From: Malacoraja senta
Taxonomy: Eukaryota
Assembly: GCA_038087875.1 (NCBI GenBank)
Contig: CM075995.1
Span: 5,644,001 to 5,708,000 of the forward strand
Length of the DNA: 64,000 bases
Reading direction: 5' to 3'
Positions 1-11,738 of the stretch are shown one piece after another. Made by a program: the position numbers and the translations under genes. The notes under the pieces were generated by a model. That model had not been told where the DNA came from, ran no database searches, and saw nothing but the letters and a program-made list of their open reading frames with translations. Within the stretch, counting starts at the first letter, position 1. The number at the start of each line of letters is the position of its first letter.

Positions 1-349
1 GCCTGAATAAATAAAATATATTATGCCCTTTTCCTTTTGCCAAAGCTACGCATCAAATTTATAGAGCTGGAAGAAAGCTCCACTCATCCACGATAATCAC
101 TCGAGAGAATTATTTTGCTGCTGGCAACATTTTACTTTCAGTTTCATCGCCTCCCTATTTGAAATGGAGGAGACAGGAATCTCTTCTGGGACTAACTCCA
201 CACTATTCTGATAAATGGAATATAATATGCCAATGTTACTCATTTGCAAAGAAGAAACACAACAAGAGAGCAGTCCTGATCTACTATTTACCTCTCGGAC
301 TATTTTTGATCAGACTTTACTGGCTTTATCTTGCACTAAACGTTATTTG

Positions 350-509
350 GCTTAGTTTAGGTTAGTTTAGAGATACAGCGTGGAAACAGGCCCTTAGACC
401 CAAGGAGTCTGCACCGACCAGCGATCCCCGCATACAAACACTATGCTACACACACTAGGGACAATTTACAATTATACCAAGCCAATTAACCTACAAACCT
501 GTACGTCTT
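350..509 (-). mobile_element. HE1-like SINE, 3' half
   Basis: Reverse of the (TAAAC)n tail and gtatctc/ggcctgttt tail shared with other copies in the window. Confidence 0.75.
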
Positions 510-1530
510 TTCAGAATGACAGGCAGTGACTACTGGTCACTTTCAGAATGGCAGGCAGTGAGTAGTGGGGTACCGCAAGGCTCGGTGCTGGGACCGCAGC
601 TATTTACAATATACATTAATGATTAAGATGAAGGGATTAAGAGTAACATTAGCAAATTTGCAGATGACACAAAGCTGGGTGGCAGTGTGAACTGTGAGGA
701 GGATGCTATAAGGATGCAGTGTGACTTGGACAGGTTGGGTGAGTGGGCAGATGCATGGCAGATGCAGTTTAATGTGGATAAATGTGAGGTTATCCATTTT
801 GGTGGAAAGAACAGGAAGGCAGATTATTCTCTGAATGGTGTCATGTTAGGAAAAGGGGTAGTACAACGTGATCTGGGTGTCCTTGTTCATCAGTCAATGA
901 AAGTAAGCATGCAGGTACAGCAGGCAGTGAAGAAACCTAATGGCATGTTGGCCTTCATAACAAGAGGAGTTGAGTATAGGAGCAAAGAGGTCCTTCTATA
1001 GATGTACAGGGCCCTAGTGAGATCACATCTGGAGTATTGTGTGCAGTTTTGGTCTCCAAATTTGAGGAAGGACATTCTTGCTATTGAGGGTAGGTTCACG
1101 AGGTTAATTCCCGGGATGGCTGTTCTGTCATATGTCAGGATGAGTGGGGATCTTATTGAAACATATAAGATTATTAAGGGGTTGGACACGCCAGAGGCAG
1201 GAAATATGTTCCCGATGTTGGGGGAGTCCAGAACCAGTGGCCACAGTTTAAGAATAAGGGATAGGCCATTTAGAAGGGAGATGAGGAAAAACGTTTTCAC
1301 CCAGAGAGTTGTGAATCTGTGGAATTCTCTGCCTCAGTGAAGACAGTGGAGGCCAATTCTCTGGATGCTTTCAAGAGAGAGTTAGACAGAGCTCTTAAGG
1401 ATAGGGAGTCAAGGGATATGGGGAGAAGACAGAAACGGGGTACTGATTGTGGATGACCAGCCATGATCACAGTGAATTGGGTGCTGGCTCGAAGGGCCGA
1501 ATGGCCTACTCCTGCACCTATTGTCTATTG
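510..1530 (+). mobile_element. CR1 LINE, 5'-truncated (RT C-terminus and 3' UTR)
   Basis: VPQGSVLGP, KFADDTK, WQMQFNVDKC, HLEYCVQFWSP, FTQRVVNLWNSLP; ends in ctattgtctattg tail. Confidence 0.92.
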
Positions 1531-2012
1531 ACATAAGCACAATAAATTCAACACCATGTCCTCATTTTATTGATGTCAATTCAGTTCAAGTTTCACCAAA
1601 AAGGACTCCGTCTCGTTATTTGGTTAATTAATAACCCTTATAAGTAGTTATGCTGGCGATATGGTCTCACATCTCCGCTTGTGCAAACTGAACAGAGACA
1701 TTTTAAAATAAACAGTTAAAAACTGATCATCCGCCAGTTTTCTTTCCCTTTTAGATATTAAATTCTTGAAGCTACTTGTGCTAAAGCAATGTGAGGTACT
1801 GCATTAGCACAATGGGAATAAAAGTTCACGTCATGAAGCACAGTATGACTGATCTTGCCCTTGTGGTGCGTACCGCCGGCTGGCAAAAGCAGCAGGAAAT
1901 TCAGTTTGCAAACATTCCTCTCAAAATCTTGTATGTGACAATTCGCAAGATAAAAAATGGGCATCCTTGGATAAGGTCCGGATTATAAATATGAAGGAAG
2001 CAACTGCAGATG

Positions 2013-2442
2013 TAGACAATAGGTGCAGGAGTAGGCCATTCGGCCCTTCGAGCCACCACCGCCATTCAATGTGATCATGGCTGATCATCCCCAATCAGTA
2101 CCCCGTTCCTGCCTTCTCCCCATATCCCCTGACTCTGCTATTCTTAAGAGCCATGGAAAGCTTCCAGAGAACCTGCCTCCACTGCAGGCAGAGAATTGTG
2201 CAGACTTACCACTCTCTGTGGGAAAAAGTGTTTCCTCGTCTCCGTTCTAAATGGCTTACTCCTTATTCTTAAACTGTGGCCCCTGGTTCTGGACTCCCCC
2301 AACATCGGGAACATGTTTCCTGCCTCTAGCGTGTCCAAACCCTTAACAATCTTATATGTTTCAATGAGATTCCCTCTCATCCTTCTAAACTCCAGAGTGT
2401 ACAAGCCCAGCTGCTCCATTCTCTCAGCATATGACAGTCCCA
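2013..2442 (-). mobile_element. CR1 LINE 3' fragment
   Basis: ORF 2144..2587 carries LGLYTLEFRRMRGNLIETYKI; CR1 tail at 2013. Confidence 0.85.
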
Positions 2443-2449
2443 TATGACA

Positions 2450-2646
2450 GAGATGCTGATTTACACCGAAGATAAGACACAAAATGCTGGAGTAATTCAG
2501 CGGGACAGGCAGCATCTCTGGATGGAAGGAATGGGCGGTGTTTTCGATTGAGTCTGAAGAAGGGTCTCGACCTGAAACATAACCCATTCCTTCTCTCCAG
2601 AGATGCTGCCTGTCCCGTTGAGTTGCACCATCTTGTGTCTATCTTC
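2450..2646. repeat. Fold-back (inverted) dimer of a Penelope-derived tail with hammerhead-like motif
   Basis: gacacaaaatgctggag...ggcagcatctctgga mirrored by tccagagatgctgcc...tgtgtc, with ctgaagaagggtctcgacctgaaac at 2554. Confidence 0.75.
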
Positions 2647-5600
2647 AATTATACACGTGATACTGTTTGAGAGTTATGTCTGGCCGGTGAGGCTACTGGT
2701 TCGTTGGGTCCACTTTGCGGATTCTTAGAGTTTGATTTTGGGATGATGCTCATAATGGAGGACGGAAGGATACCGAGGGAACTCCAATTTGATCTCTGTG
2801 GCTAGTAAAATTCAGGTCTAATTGAGCAAGCTTGGTTAGGCAAGAGTAAATTTGCCACATCTTGAGTAACAATAGGCCTACTGGTTTTTATTTACAAAGT
2901 GACTGGAGTTGAAAAATTCTGATGAGAAAATAATACAATTCAGCGCTCGTGGCAAATTAATATATTGTAAATCTTTCATAATCCAATTCTACGATATAAT
3001 TACATAGAAACATAGAAAATAGGTGCAGGAGGCCATTTGGCCCTTCAAGCTTGCACCTGCCATTCATTGTGATCATGGCTGATCATCCACAATCAGTAAC
3101 CCATGCCTGATTCCGCTAGCCCCTTGAGCTCTGTCAAACTCTCTTTTAAATTCATCCAGTGAATTGGTCTCCACTGGCTTCTGTGGCAGAGAATTCCACA
3201 AATTCACAACTCTCTGGGTGAAAATGTTTTTTATCATCTCAGTCCTAAATGACCTCCCCTTTATTCTTTGACTATGGTCCCTGGTTCTGGATGTCCCCCA
3301 TCATTGGGAACATTTTTCCTGCATCTAGCTTGTCCAGTCCTTTTCTAATTTTATAAGTTTCTATATGATTCCCTCTCATCCTTCTAAATTCCAGTGAATA
3401 CAAGCGCAGTCTTTCCAATCTTTCCTCATATGACAGTCCCGCCATCCCAGGGATCAATCTCGTGAACCTACGCTGCACTGCCTCAATAGCAAGGATGTCC
3501 TTTCTCAAATTAGGAGACCAAAACTGCACACAATACTCCAGATGTGGTCTCACCAGGGCCCTGTACAACTGCAGAAGGACCTCTTTACTCCTATACTCAA
3601 ATCCTCTCGTTATGAAAGCCAACATGCCATCAGCTTTCTTCACTGCCTGCTGTTATCATCATCATCGGCGGTCACTCGAAGCGAGTATGACTGTCCTCCC
3701 TCTCCATAGGGTCGTCTACTTGTGGGTCTGCAGATGTCTGTAGAGGCCGATCCACGATCCGCACACCTTGGTGCAACGTGGGCAGTGGAGACTGGCGGTG
3801 GTTGGTAGTCATCGAGCCCCTTCTCTCTCTCTTTACGGTGCCGTAGCTTTGTCTCTGCGACACGGCGTAGGTCCATTTCGTGAAGTGCAGCTCCTTCCTG
3901 CACGGATTTCCTCTAGGAGCGCCTGTCCAGTGCAATGTGCTCCCAGTTGTTTGATGTGATGTGGAATTTCTTCAGACTGTTCTTGATGTTGTCCTTGAAG
4001 CGTTTTTTGGGCCCGCCGGGGGCTCGCCGACCTTCCTTCAATTAAGAGTACAGGATTTGTTTAGGGAGACGTGTGTTGGACATGTGGATGACATGGCCAA
4101 TCCATCGAAGTTGGTGCTGCATTATTGTGGTGGTGATGCTGGTCATGTTGGCTTCCTCCAAAAATCTGATGTTGGTGTGTTTGTCCTCCCAGCTGATCCT
4201 CAGAATCTTTCATAAGGATCTTTGATGTTATTGTTCCAGGGCTCTCAGGTGCCTGCTGTAGGTGGTCCATGACTCGGCGCCAAACAACAGGGTGGAGAGG
4301 ACAACGGCTCTGTAGACCAGCAGTTTTGTTTGAGCTTTTAGGTCTCGGTCTTCAAAGACTCTTTTCCTGAGTCGGCGTAGGCTATGCTGCAGAGTGTGCT
4401 GCAATGGCGCAGTCGTCCGCGTACTGAAGCTCCATGATGGCGGTGTTACTGACTTTGCTCTTGACCTTCAACCTATTAAGGTTGAAGAGCCCACCGTCAG
4501 TTCTGTAGAGGATTGGGATCCCCTGTGGCAGCTCTTCACCAATGAGGTGAAGTATAGCAGCAATGAAGACGACAAACAGGGTGGGTGCGATGATGCATCC
4601 CTGTTTGACCCCCGTTTTCACAGTTTGCTTTTCGCTCATGTATCAGACGACGTTCTGCCATCGCTTTGCCACAGCCAGTGCCACATCTGTGCCTCTGCGG
4701 AGATCGTCCGCAGTGCATGCCTCTCACCGCAAGTCAGTAGGTGGGACATTGTCTGTACCTCTCCACAGTTGCATTCGTCAGAGTTCGAGAGGCCCCACTT
4801 CTTCAGGTTGAGTCCATAACGTCCCACTCCAGTGTGGAAGCGGTTAGGGCTTGTCAGGTAGTATAAGGCAGGTGGTGTCCTGGTGCTATCTGGTGTTTGG
4901 TTTTGGTGCCTGGTACGGTTGGCTCTAGTTCCATGAAGCTGTTCCGACTCTTCAGGCGTTTCTTGGCATGTTGGTGATTGTGCAAGGGGTGGCGGGGCTC
5001 TGTGTCAACATTGAAGGGTTCTACTGCAGCTGCCCGATCACGTCTTTGAGATGGTTCGTCGATGCCTGCCAGCTCGTACAGATGTTCAACCTTTGTCGGC
5101 TTCAGGCATCCTGTGGTTTTCCTGCAGGCAGTGTTCAATGCAGAGTCCACCTTGCGTGCATGTTTAGAGCGGCTCCAGACGGGGCTTGCATATTCTGCCA
5201 CTGAGAAACAGAGCGCCAGGGCTGCAGTGCGGATTGTTGTTGGGTCACTTCCAAATGAGCTGTTTGCCAATTTTTTGATGACATTGTTCCGGGTGTTGAC
5301 CTTTGCCTTGGTTTTCTCAACATGTTGGCGATATGATAACGTGCGATCGAGGACCACACCTAGGTACTTTGGGGCTTTGCAGTGTTCCAACAGGACATCA
5401 TTCCATCTCACCTGCAGTTGGCGTTTCGCATCCCGGTTCTGGAGGTGGAAAGCTGCGCTTTGCGATTTTGTTGGGTTTGGGCGCAGGGAGTTCTGTTGGA
5501 AGTATGTTGTCATATTCTGCAGAGCAGCCTCTAGTACGGTCTCAATCTGGCTGAAGTCTGAGGATTGCGTTGCGAGGCATAAGTCATCAGCATACAGAAA

Positions 5601-5653
5601 TGACCTAGTTTCGGGGTGATGGGTTGGTCATTGGTGTATATATTGAACAACGT

Positions 5654-6156
5654 CAAGTCAAGTTTATTCGTCACATACACATACGAGATGTGCAGTGAAA
5701 TGAAAAGTGGCAATGCTCGCGGTCTTTGTGCAAAAACAAACAAACAAACTACAAACAGAATGGAACAGAATCACATATTCTTTTACATATTGCATATTGT
5801 GGGAGGAAGGAAAAAGGGAAAAAAACTGCAATTTAAAAAAAACTGTAGAGTGGTCCAGTAAAGTTAGTCCCTGGTGAGATAGGAGTTTACAGTCCTAATG
5901 GCCTCTGGGAAGAAACTCCTTCTCAACCTCTCCGTTCTCACAGCATGGCAACGGAGGCGTTTGCCTGACCGTAGCAGCTGGAACAGTCCATTGCAGGGGA
6001 AGAAAGTGTCTCCCATGATCTTATTGGCTCTGGAGTTACACCTTCTGATGTATAGTTCCTGCAGGGGGGCGAGTGAAGTTCCCATAGTGCGTTCGGCCGA
6101 ACATACTACTCTCTGCAGAGCCTTCTTGTCCTGGGCAGAGCAGTTCCCAAACCATG
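5654..6156 (-). mobile_element. Rex1/Babar LINE 3' fragment nested in the Vingi-like element
   Basis: AWFGNCSAQDKKALQRVV...RLRRSFFPEAIR; aataaa followed by (cttga)n tail; interrupts GSVLAPT|LFNIY. Confidence 0.85.
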
Positions 6157-7043
6157 CCGTTGGGGCAAGGACACTGCCCTGTGGTAGACCATTCTTTTGG
6201 CATCTCCAACGGCTGTTCTGACCATTCAGGCTTATGAAGAAGCAGCGGTTCTCCATCATTGTCATGATGAACTGGACAAGATGAGAGTCCTGTAGTGTTT
6301 GTTGCAGTTTGGCTTTCATGGTACGGTGGTTTACAGTGTCATATGCTGTGGACAAGTCTACAAATACTGCACCTGTGATCAGCTTCCCGTCTTCAATGTG
6401 CTGAGTGAGGTTCAGCAGTTGTCCTGTTGTTGACTTTCCCTGGCAGAATCCAGCCTGTTCAGGTATCAAAACATCGTCTACATCCAGCGTGATGCGGTTC
6501 AATATGCATCTTTCCATCAGTTTGTATGGGTGGCACAGCAGGGATATAGGCCGGTAGCTGCTGGGAAGATTGGCATCTTTGCCTGGTTTTGGTAAAGCAA
6601 CAACCTTGGATTTCCGCCAGACTCGTGGAATGTTAAACATCTCCAGCAGCCATTCTCGTGCTCTGGGACCCAGATGTTACAGCATCTCAGTTGTGATGTT
6701 GTCTAAGCCAGCTGCCTTGTTAGGTTTCATCACATTCAGGGCTTTGTTGAGTTCGTCCCTGGCGAAAGGTTCGATGTACCATCAGTCGTGTCGGTTGTTA
6801 CCATTAACAACCTTTGGGGGCGAAGGTTTCTTACCACTACTCTTGCCGTTTAGCAACAACTGGTGGGCAACCTGGTTAGCAGTCACATTTCCACGTGGTT
6901 TATTGTGGGTGGGGTCATTACCGAGACATCTCAGTGTCGCCCATGCCTTCCTTCTGCTGTGTCGTAGGTCTGTTGTCTCTATTAGCTCATGCCATTGTCT
7001 GCGTTTTGCCTCATTGAGTGCATCTGTGAGCTGTTTCCCCATA

Positions 7044-7650
7044 TAAGTAAGTAAATAATCTCTTTATTGGCATTGCACAATTGTACAACGAAATTTAAAA
7101 GTCAATCCCACGGTGCGATTCACAAGAGCAATTTTAAATATATAAGAAAAGGTAAAAATATATACATATAAAAAAAAAAATTACAGATAAATAACAATGG
7201 CAGCTGAGGTAGAACCATTCAGTTGAATGTGAGTGTTATTTCTCATTTTGCATTGTTAAGTTCACGTATGGCTATGGGGTAGAAGCTGTCTCTGAGTGTT
7301 TGTGCGAGTTTTGAAAGACCTGTACCATCTGCCAGAGGGCAGCAGGTGGAACAGGTTGTGTCCAGGGTGGGAAGGGTCCTTCAGGATGTTGGCTGCCCTG
7401 CCAAGGCAGCGAGAGCTGAAGATGTCCTTCAGGGAGGGCAGTGGGCAGCCAGTGATTTTTTGTGCGGTGTTGATGACCCTTTGAAGGGCTCTCCTGTCCG
7501 CTGCAGAGCAGCTGGCATACCATGTGGTTATACAGTACGCCAGCACACTCTCGATGGAGCAGCGGTAGAAGGACACCAGCAGCTTCTCCTCCAGGTTGTT
7601 TTTCCTGAGGATCCTCAGAAAGTAGAGTCGCTGCTGGGCCTTCTTGACTG
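7044..7650 (-). mobile_element. Rex1/Babar LINE 3' fragment nested in the Vingi-like element
   Basis: KKAQQRLYFLR, FYRCSIESVLAYCITTWY, DPSHPGHNLFHLLPSGR; (ttac)n tail. Confidence 0.85.
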
Positions 7651-10489
7651 TTCTGTTTTGTCTGCGAATGGGTTTTCATCGAAAGGTTCTTTGTACATAG
7701 AGAGTAAGTCAGCAGTTTCAGCGTCCACGCCTGCAATGTAGTTAAGCCGGCAGCCCTGCGGAATGGTCTTGCGTGCTGCTGTGTGGATCGCATCAACAAA
7801 CTGGTTGTAGTTGTGTGATGAATTTTCGATATATTGCACAAGTTCATCAGTAGCCTTAGCAAAAGCCTCCCAGTCCACCTTTCTGAAATTGAATCGCCGT
7901 TGGAATACGGGAGGGTGTTTTGGGGTCACTGCTGCCGTGATGCGGATCCCAATTGGTCGATGCTGAGACCCTGGAATTGGCTGTTCAAACGTTTTGTGGC
8001 AATTGGTGATATTTCATGTGAAGATCAGGTCAGGGTTGTAGCCTTTCTGTTTCCACAGTGAAGGGCTCGGACTCAGAGCCGCAGTTGCTGAGCACTGTGA
8101 CCGACATGCCATCATGTAGAAGCCTCAATATTCTGATGTACTTGTCATGGCAACCGTACCTTGATAATATGCTCCAAAGAGCCTGGCGGTCTACAGAGTC
8201 AAAAGCCTTTGTCAGGTCTATGAAGGCCTGCATGTTTACTTACAGTGACTGGTGTACAAGGATACCCAGGTCTCGTTGCACTTCCCTTTTTCCTAATCTG
8301 CCACCATTGATATAATAATTTGCCTCCTTGTTCTTGCCGCCAAAGTGGACAACCTCACAACCGCATCGAACCTTGCGGCACTACCTGCCATTCTGACAGG
8401 GACCCGTTTATTCCTACCCTTTGTTTCCTGTCTGCCAACCAATTCTCTACCAATGTCAATACCCTACCCCCAATAACATGTGCTCTAATTTTGCCCACTA
8501 ATCTCCTGTGTGGGATCTTATCAAAGGCTTTCTGAAAGTCCAGATACACAACATCCACTGGCTCCCCTTCATTCATGTTACATCCTCAAAACATTCCAGA
8601 AGATTAGTCAAGCAGGATTTCCCCTTCGTAAATCCATGCTGCTAGGACCAATCCTTTTACTGCTATCCAAATGCGCCATTATTACTTCTTTAATAATTGA
8701 CTCCAGCCTCACCACCGATGTCAGGCTAACTGGTTTATAATTCCCTGTTTCCTCTCTCGCTCCTTTCTTGAAAAGTTATTTTCTTGAAAACATTAGCTAC
8801 CCTCCAATCCACAGGAACTGATCCTGTATCTATAGAACATTGGACAATGATTACCAATGTGTCCACTATTTCTAGAGCCACCTCCTTGAGTACCCTGGGA
8901 TGCAGACCATCAGGCCCTGGGGATTTATCAGCCTTCAGTCCCATCAGTCTACCCAATACTATTTCTCACTTAATGCAACTTTCTTTCAGTTCCTCTGTCT
9001 CCCTAGATCCTCTGTCCTTTAATACATCTGGGAGATTGTTTGTGTCTTCCTTAGTGAAGACAGAACCGAAGTACCTGTTCAACTCTTTTGCCATTTCCTT
9101 GTTCCCCATAATAATTTCACCTTTCTGCCTTCAAGGGACCCACATTTGTCTTTTGTAATCTTTTTCTCTTAACATACCTAAATAAGCTTTTCCTATCCTT
9201 TATATTCTTGGCCAGCTTGTCCTCGTAGTTCATCTTTTCACTCCATATTGCCCTTTTTGTTACCTTCTGTTGTTCTTTAAAAGTTTCCCAATCCTCTGCC
9301 TTCCCACTACTCTTTGCTATGTTATACACCTTTTCTTTTAGTTTTATTCCATCCCTATCTTCCCTTGTCAGCCACGGTTGCCTCTTACACCCATTTGAAT
9401 CTTTCTTCCTCTTTGGAATGAAATGATCCTGCATCTTCTGGATTATGCCCAGAAATTCCTGCCATTGCTGTTCCACCATCACTCCTGCTAGGATCCTTTT
9501 CCAGTCGACCTTGGCCAGCTCCTCTCTCATGCCTTCGTAGTCCCCTTTGTTCAACTGCAACACTGACACTTCTGATTTAACCTTCTCCCTCTCAAATTGC
9601 AGATTAAAACTAATCATATTATGGTCACTACCTCCTGCCGGTTCCTTTACCGAGTTACTTATTAAATCTGGTTCATTAGACAACACTAAATCCAGAATTG
9701 CCTTCCCTCTGGTAGGCTACCAGAGAAATTAAATCGAGGAATTAAACTTTGCTCAGTTATTGAAACTCAACAGTCAAGCAGCATCAGACTAAATAGGTTT
9801 AAGGTGAGGGGGAAAAATTTAATAGGAATCTGAGGGGTAACTTTTTCACATAAATAGTGGTGGGTGTATGGAACGAGCTGCAGGAGGAGGTAGGTGAGGC
9901 AGGTACTATCGCAACGTACTGCACCATCCCATCGCTTGTGCTTAATATCCAAGGATGTCATGGACCTGGCCACTGATTACTTACCCAGTAACTTAAACAT
10001 CGTGCAAACCTCTTATCGGTAGTAAGTAGCTCATGAATTTCATTAAAATAAAGCTACAGCAAAACTCAATTAATCTGGCACACTCGTGACTATGGTGCCA
10101 GACTAGTCAATGTACTGGACCTACAGATGTTATTCTATTAATACTTCAACATACTTTTAACTCATTTTTCAACAGATGCTCAACAGTAACATCTCAGTCA
10201 GTAAGTTTCAAGAGACTGCAGGTAAGTTTAAAGATTCAAGTGTGTTTATTTGTCAAATGCAGCAGATATGAACTGGAGCAATGAAGTGATTCCGACATGT
10301 AAAATCAGATAGACTCATAGAGTGATACAGTGTGGAAACAGGCCCTTCGGCCCAACCTACCCACACCAGCCAAAATGCAACAGCTACACTAGTCCAACCT
10401 GCCTGTGTTTGGTCCATATCCCTCCAAACTTGTCCTATCCATGAACTTGTCCAAATGTTTCTTAAACCTGCCTCACTTCCACAAGGGTT

Positions 10490-10800
10490 ACGTTCCATGA
10501 GTAAGTCGGACGTGCCTGTATGTTGATGAGGAAGGCATGGATCTAGTTGCATAGGGAGCTGTAGATACCCAGTTCCCCGACTTTGACACTGAGTTTGGAA
10601 GGGAGGATGGTATTGAACGCTGAGCTGTAGTCGATGAACAACAACCTGACGTATCTATTCCTATTGCCCAGCGCAGAGTGGGAACCAGCAAGCTCACATC
10701 CGTTGTTGATCCGTTGTGGCGGAAGGCGAATTGAAATAGGTCCAGGTTGTTACCAAGGCAGGAATTGACCTGAATCATAGCCAACGTCTCAAAGAACATC
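10490..10800 (-). mobile_element. Degenerate Rex1-like RT fragment
   Basis: NNLDLFQFAFRHNGSTTD in ORF 10488..11165. Confidence 0.65.
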
Positions 10801-10879
10801 ACAAAGGGAGCACAGGAATCCAGATGCTGGTGAGTGGAAGAGAGTGCAGGAGCCACCAAACTGGGGAGAACTTTGGAAG

Positions 10880-11185
10880 TTAGATGCAAGAATCTCTTGC
10901 CCAGCATAGAGGAATCGAGGACCAGAGGACATAGGTTCAAGGTGAAGGGGAAAATATTTAATAGGACACTGAGGGGTAACTTTTTCACACAAAGGGTGGT
11001 GGGTGTATGGAACAAGCTACCAGAGGAGGTAGTTGAGGCTGGGACTATCCCAACGTTTAAGAAACAATTAGGCACATGGATAGGACAAGTTTGGAGGGAT
11101 ATGGAGGGACATGTTGGCCGGTGTGGACAAGTTGGGCCGAAGGGCCTGTTTACACACTGTATCACTCTGTGACTCTATGACTCTC
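10880..11185 (+). mobile_element. CR1 (HER1-like) 3' fragment
   Basis: SRTRGHRFKVKG...FFTQRVVGVWNKLP; (gactct)n tail. Confidence 0.8.
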
Positions 11186-11738
11186 AGTGCGGGAACTAGG
11201 GACCCAGCAAATGCTCAGGGAACACAGGGGCCTGGAGAGTAGGAAAGGGGCAGGGGAACTGGGGACAGAGTGAATAGGAAGGGTGTGTGGGAACTGAGGT
11301 CCAGTTAAGTGTAAGTTTAAGTTTACTTTAAGTTTAAATTTTAACCACCATATATAAAAGTCAGTGGTTGGAAGTTTAAACAATTTCCCGACACATGAAA
11401 CGCAGGTGGAACCAACAAGCTAATACTACTGAGTTTAGTTCTTCTAAGCATTTAAACAGGCCTGCCGCGTTCACTCCTTGCCCACTAGTTCCGTTATTGG
11501 ACTTTCTCATCAATTCCCTACACATTAGGTCCAATTAGCCTACAAACCCATTGGAAACAGGAGCACCCGGAGATGAAACTCACGATATTCATCAAGCAAG
11601 TATCATCTGGTGAGCCTGATACCAAAGCATTTGGATTTCCAAATGTTTGGGAAAGCAGATTATTGAAGTTTAACTGTATTCACCTGCAGGAAATAAACTT
11701 AAGAAGTATTAGCTAGTTGCATCTATCTGTGTTTCATA

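Larger units (their letters stand above)
4625..8048 (-). mobile_element. Vingi/Ingi-like LINE, 5'-truncated, with 11-bp TSD
   Basis: GYNPDL...PIPGSQHRP (EN end), YRPISLLCHPYKLMER, NGLPQGSVLAPTLFNIYTNDQP, IRTAALALCFSVAEYASPVW, CNCGEVQTMSHLLTC. TSD gttttcacagt (4614-4624) / gtttccacagt (8049-8059). Confidence 0.8.
3655..8226 (-). mobile_element. RTE-clade LINE (pieces 3655-4624 and 8049-8226), 5'-truncated
   Basis: FIDLTKAFDSVDR, GVKQGCIIAPTLF, ELQYADD, C-terminal CxxC...HxxxH finger, (GAT)n tail at 3655-3666. Confidence 0.87.
3002..9719 (-). mobile_element. CR1 LINE (pieces 3002-3654 and 8227-9719) split by nested insertions
   Basis: 3' piece RPHLEYCVQFWSP with atagaaac tail; 5' piece YLDFQKAFDK, KSPGPDGLHP, GSDHNMISF. 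The sequence gcctgctgt|...|gcctgcatg resumes across the insert. Confidence 0.88.

Noticed and set aside
505..570. Short tandem duplication tttcagaatg(a/g)caggcagtga at the CR1 5' junction
   Set aside because: An ordinary 5'-junction by-product of LINE integration; two units only, not an array.
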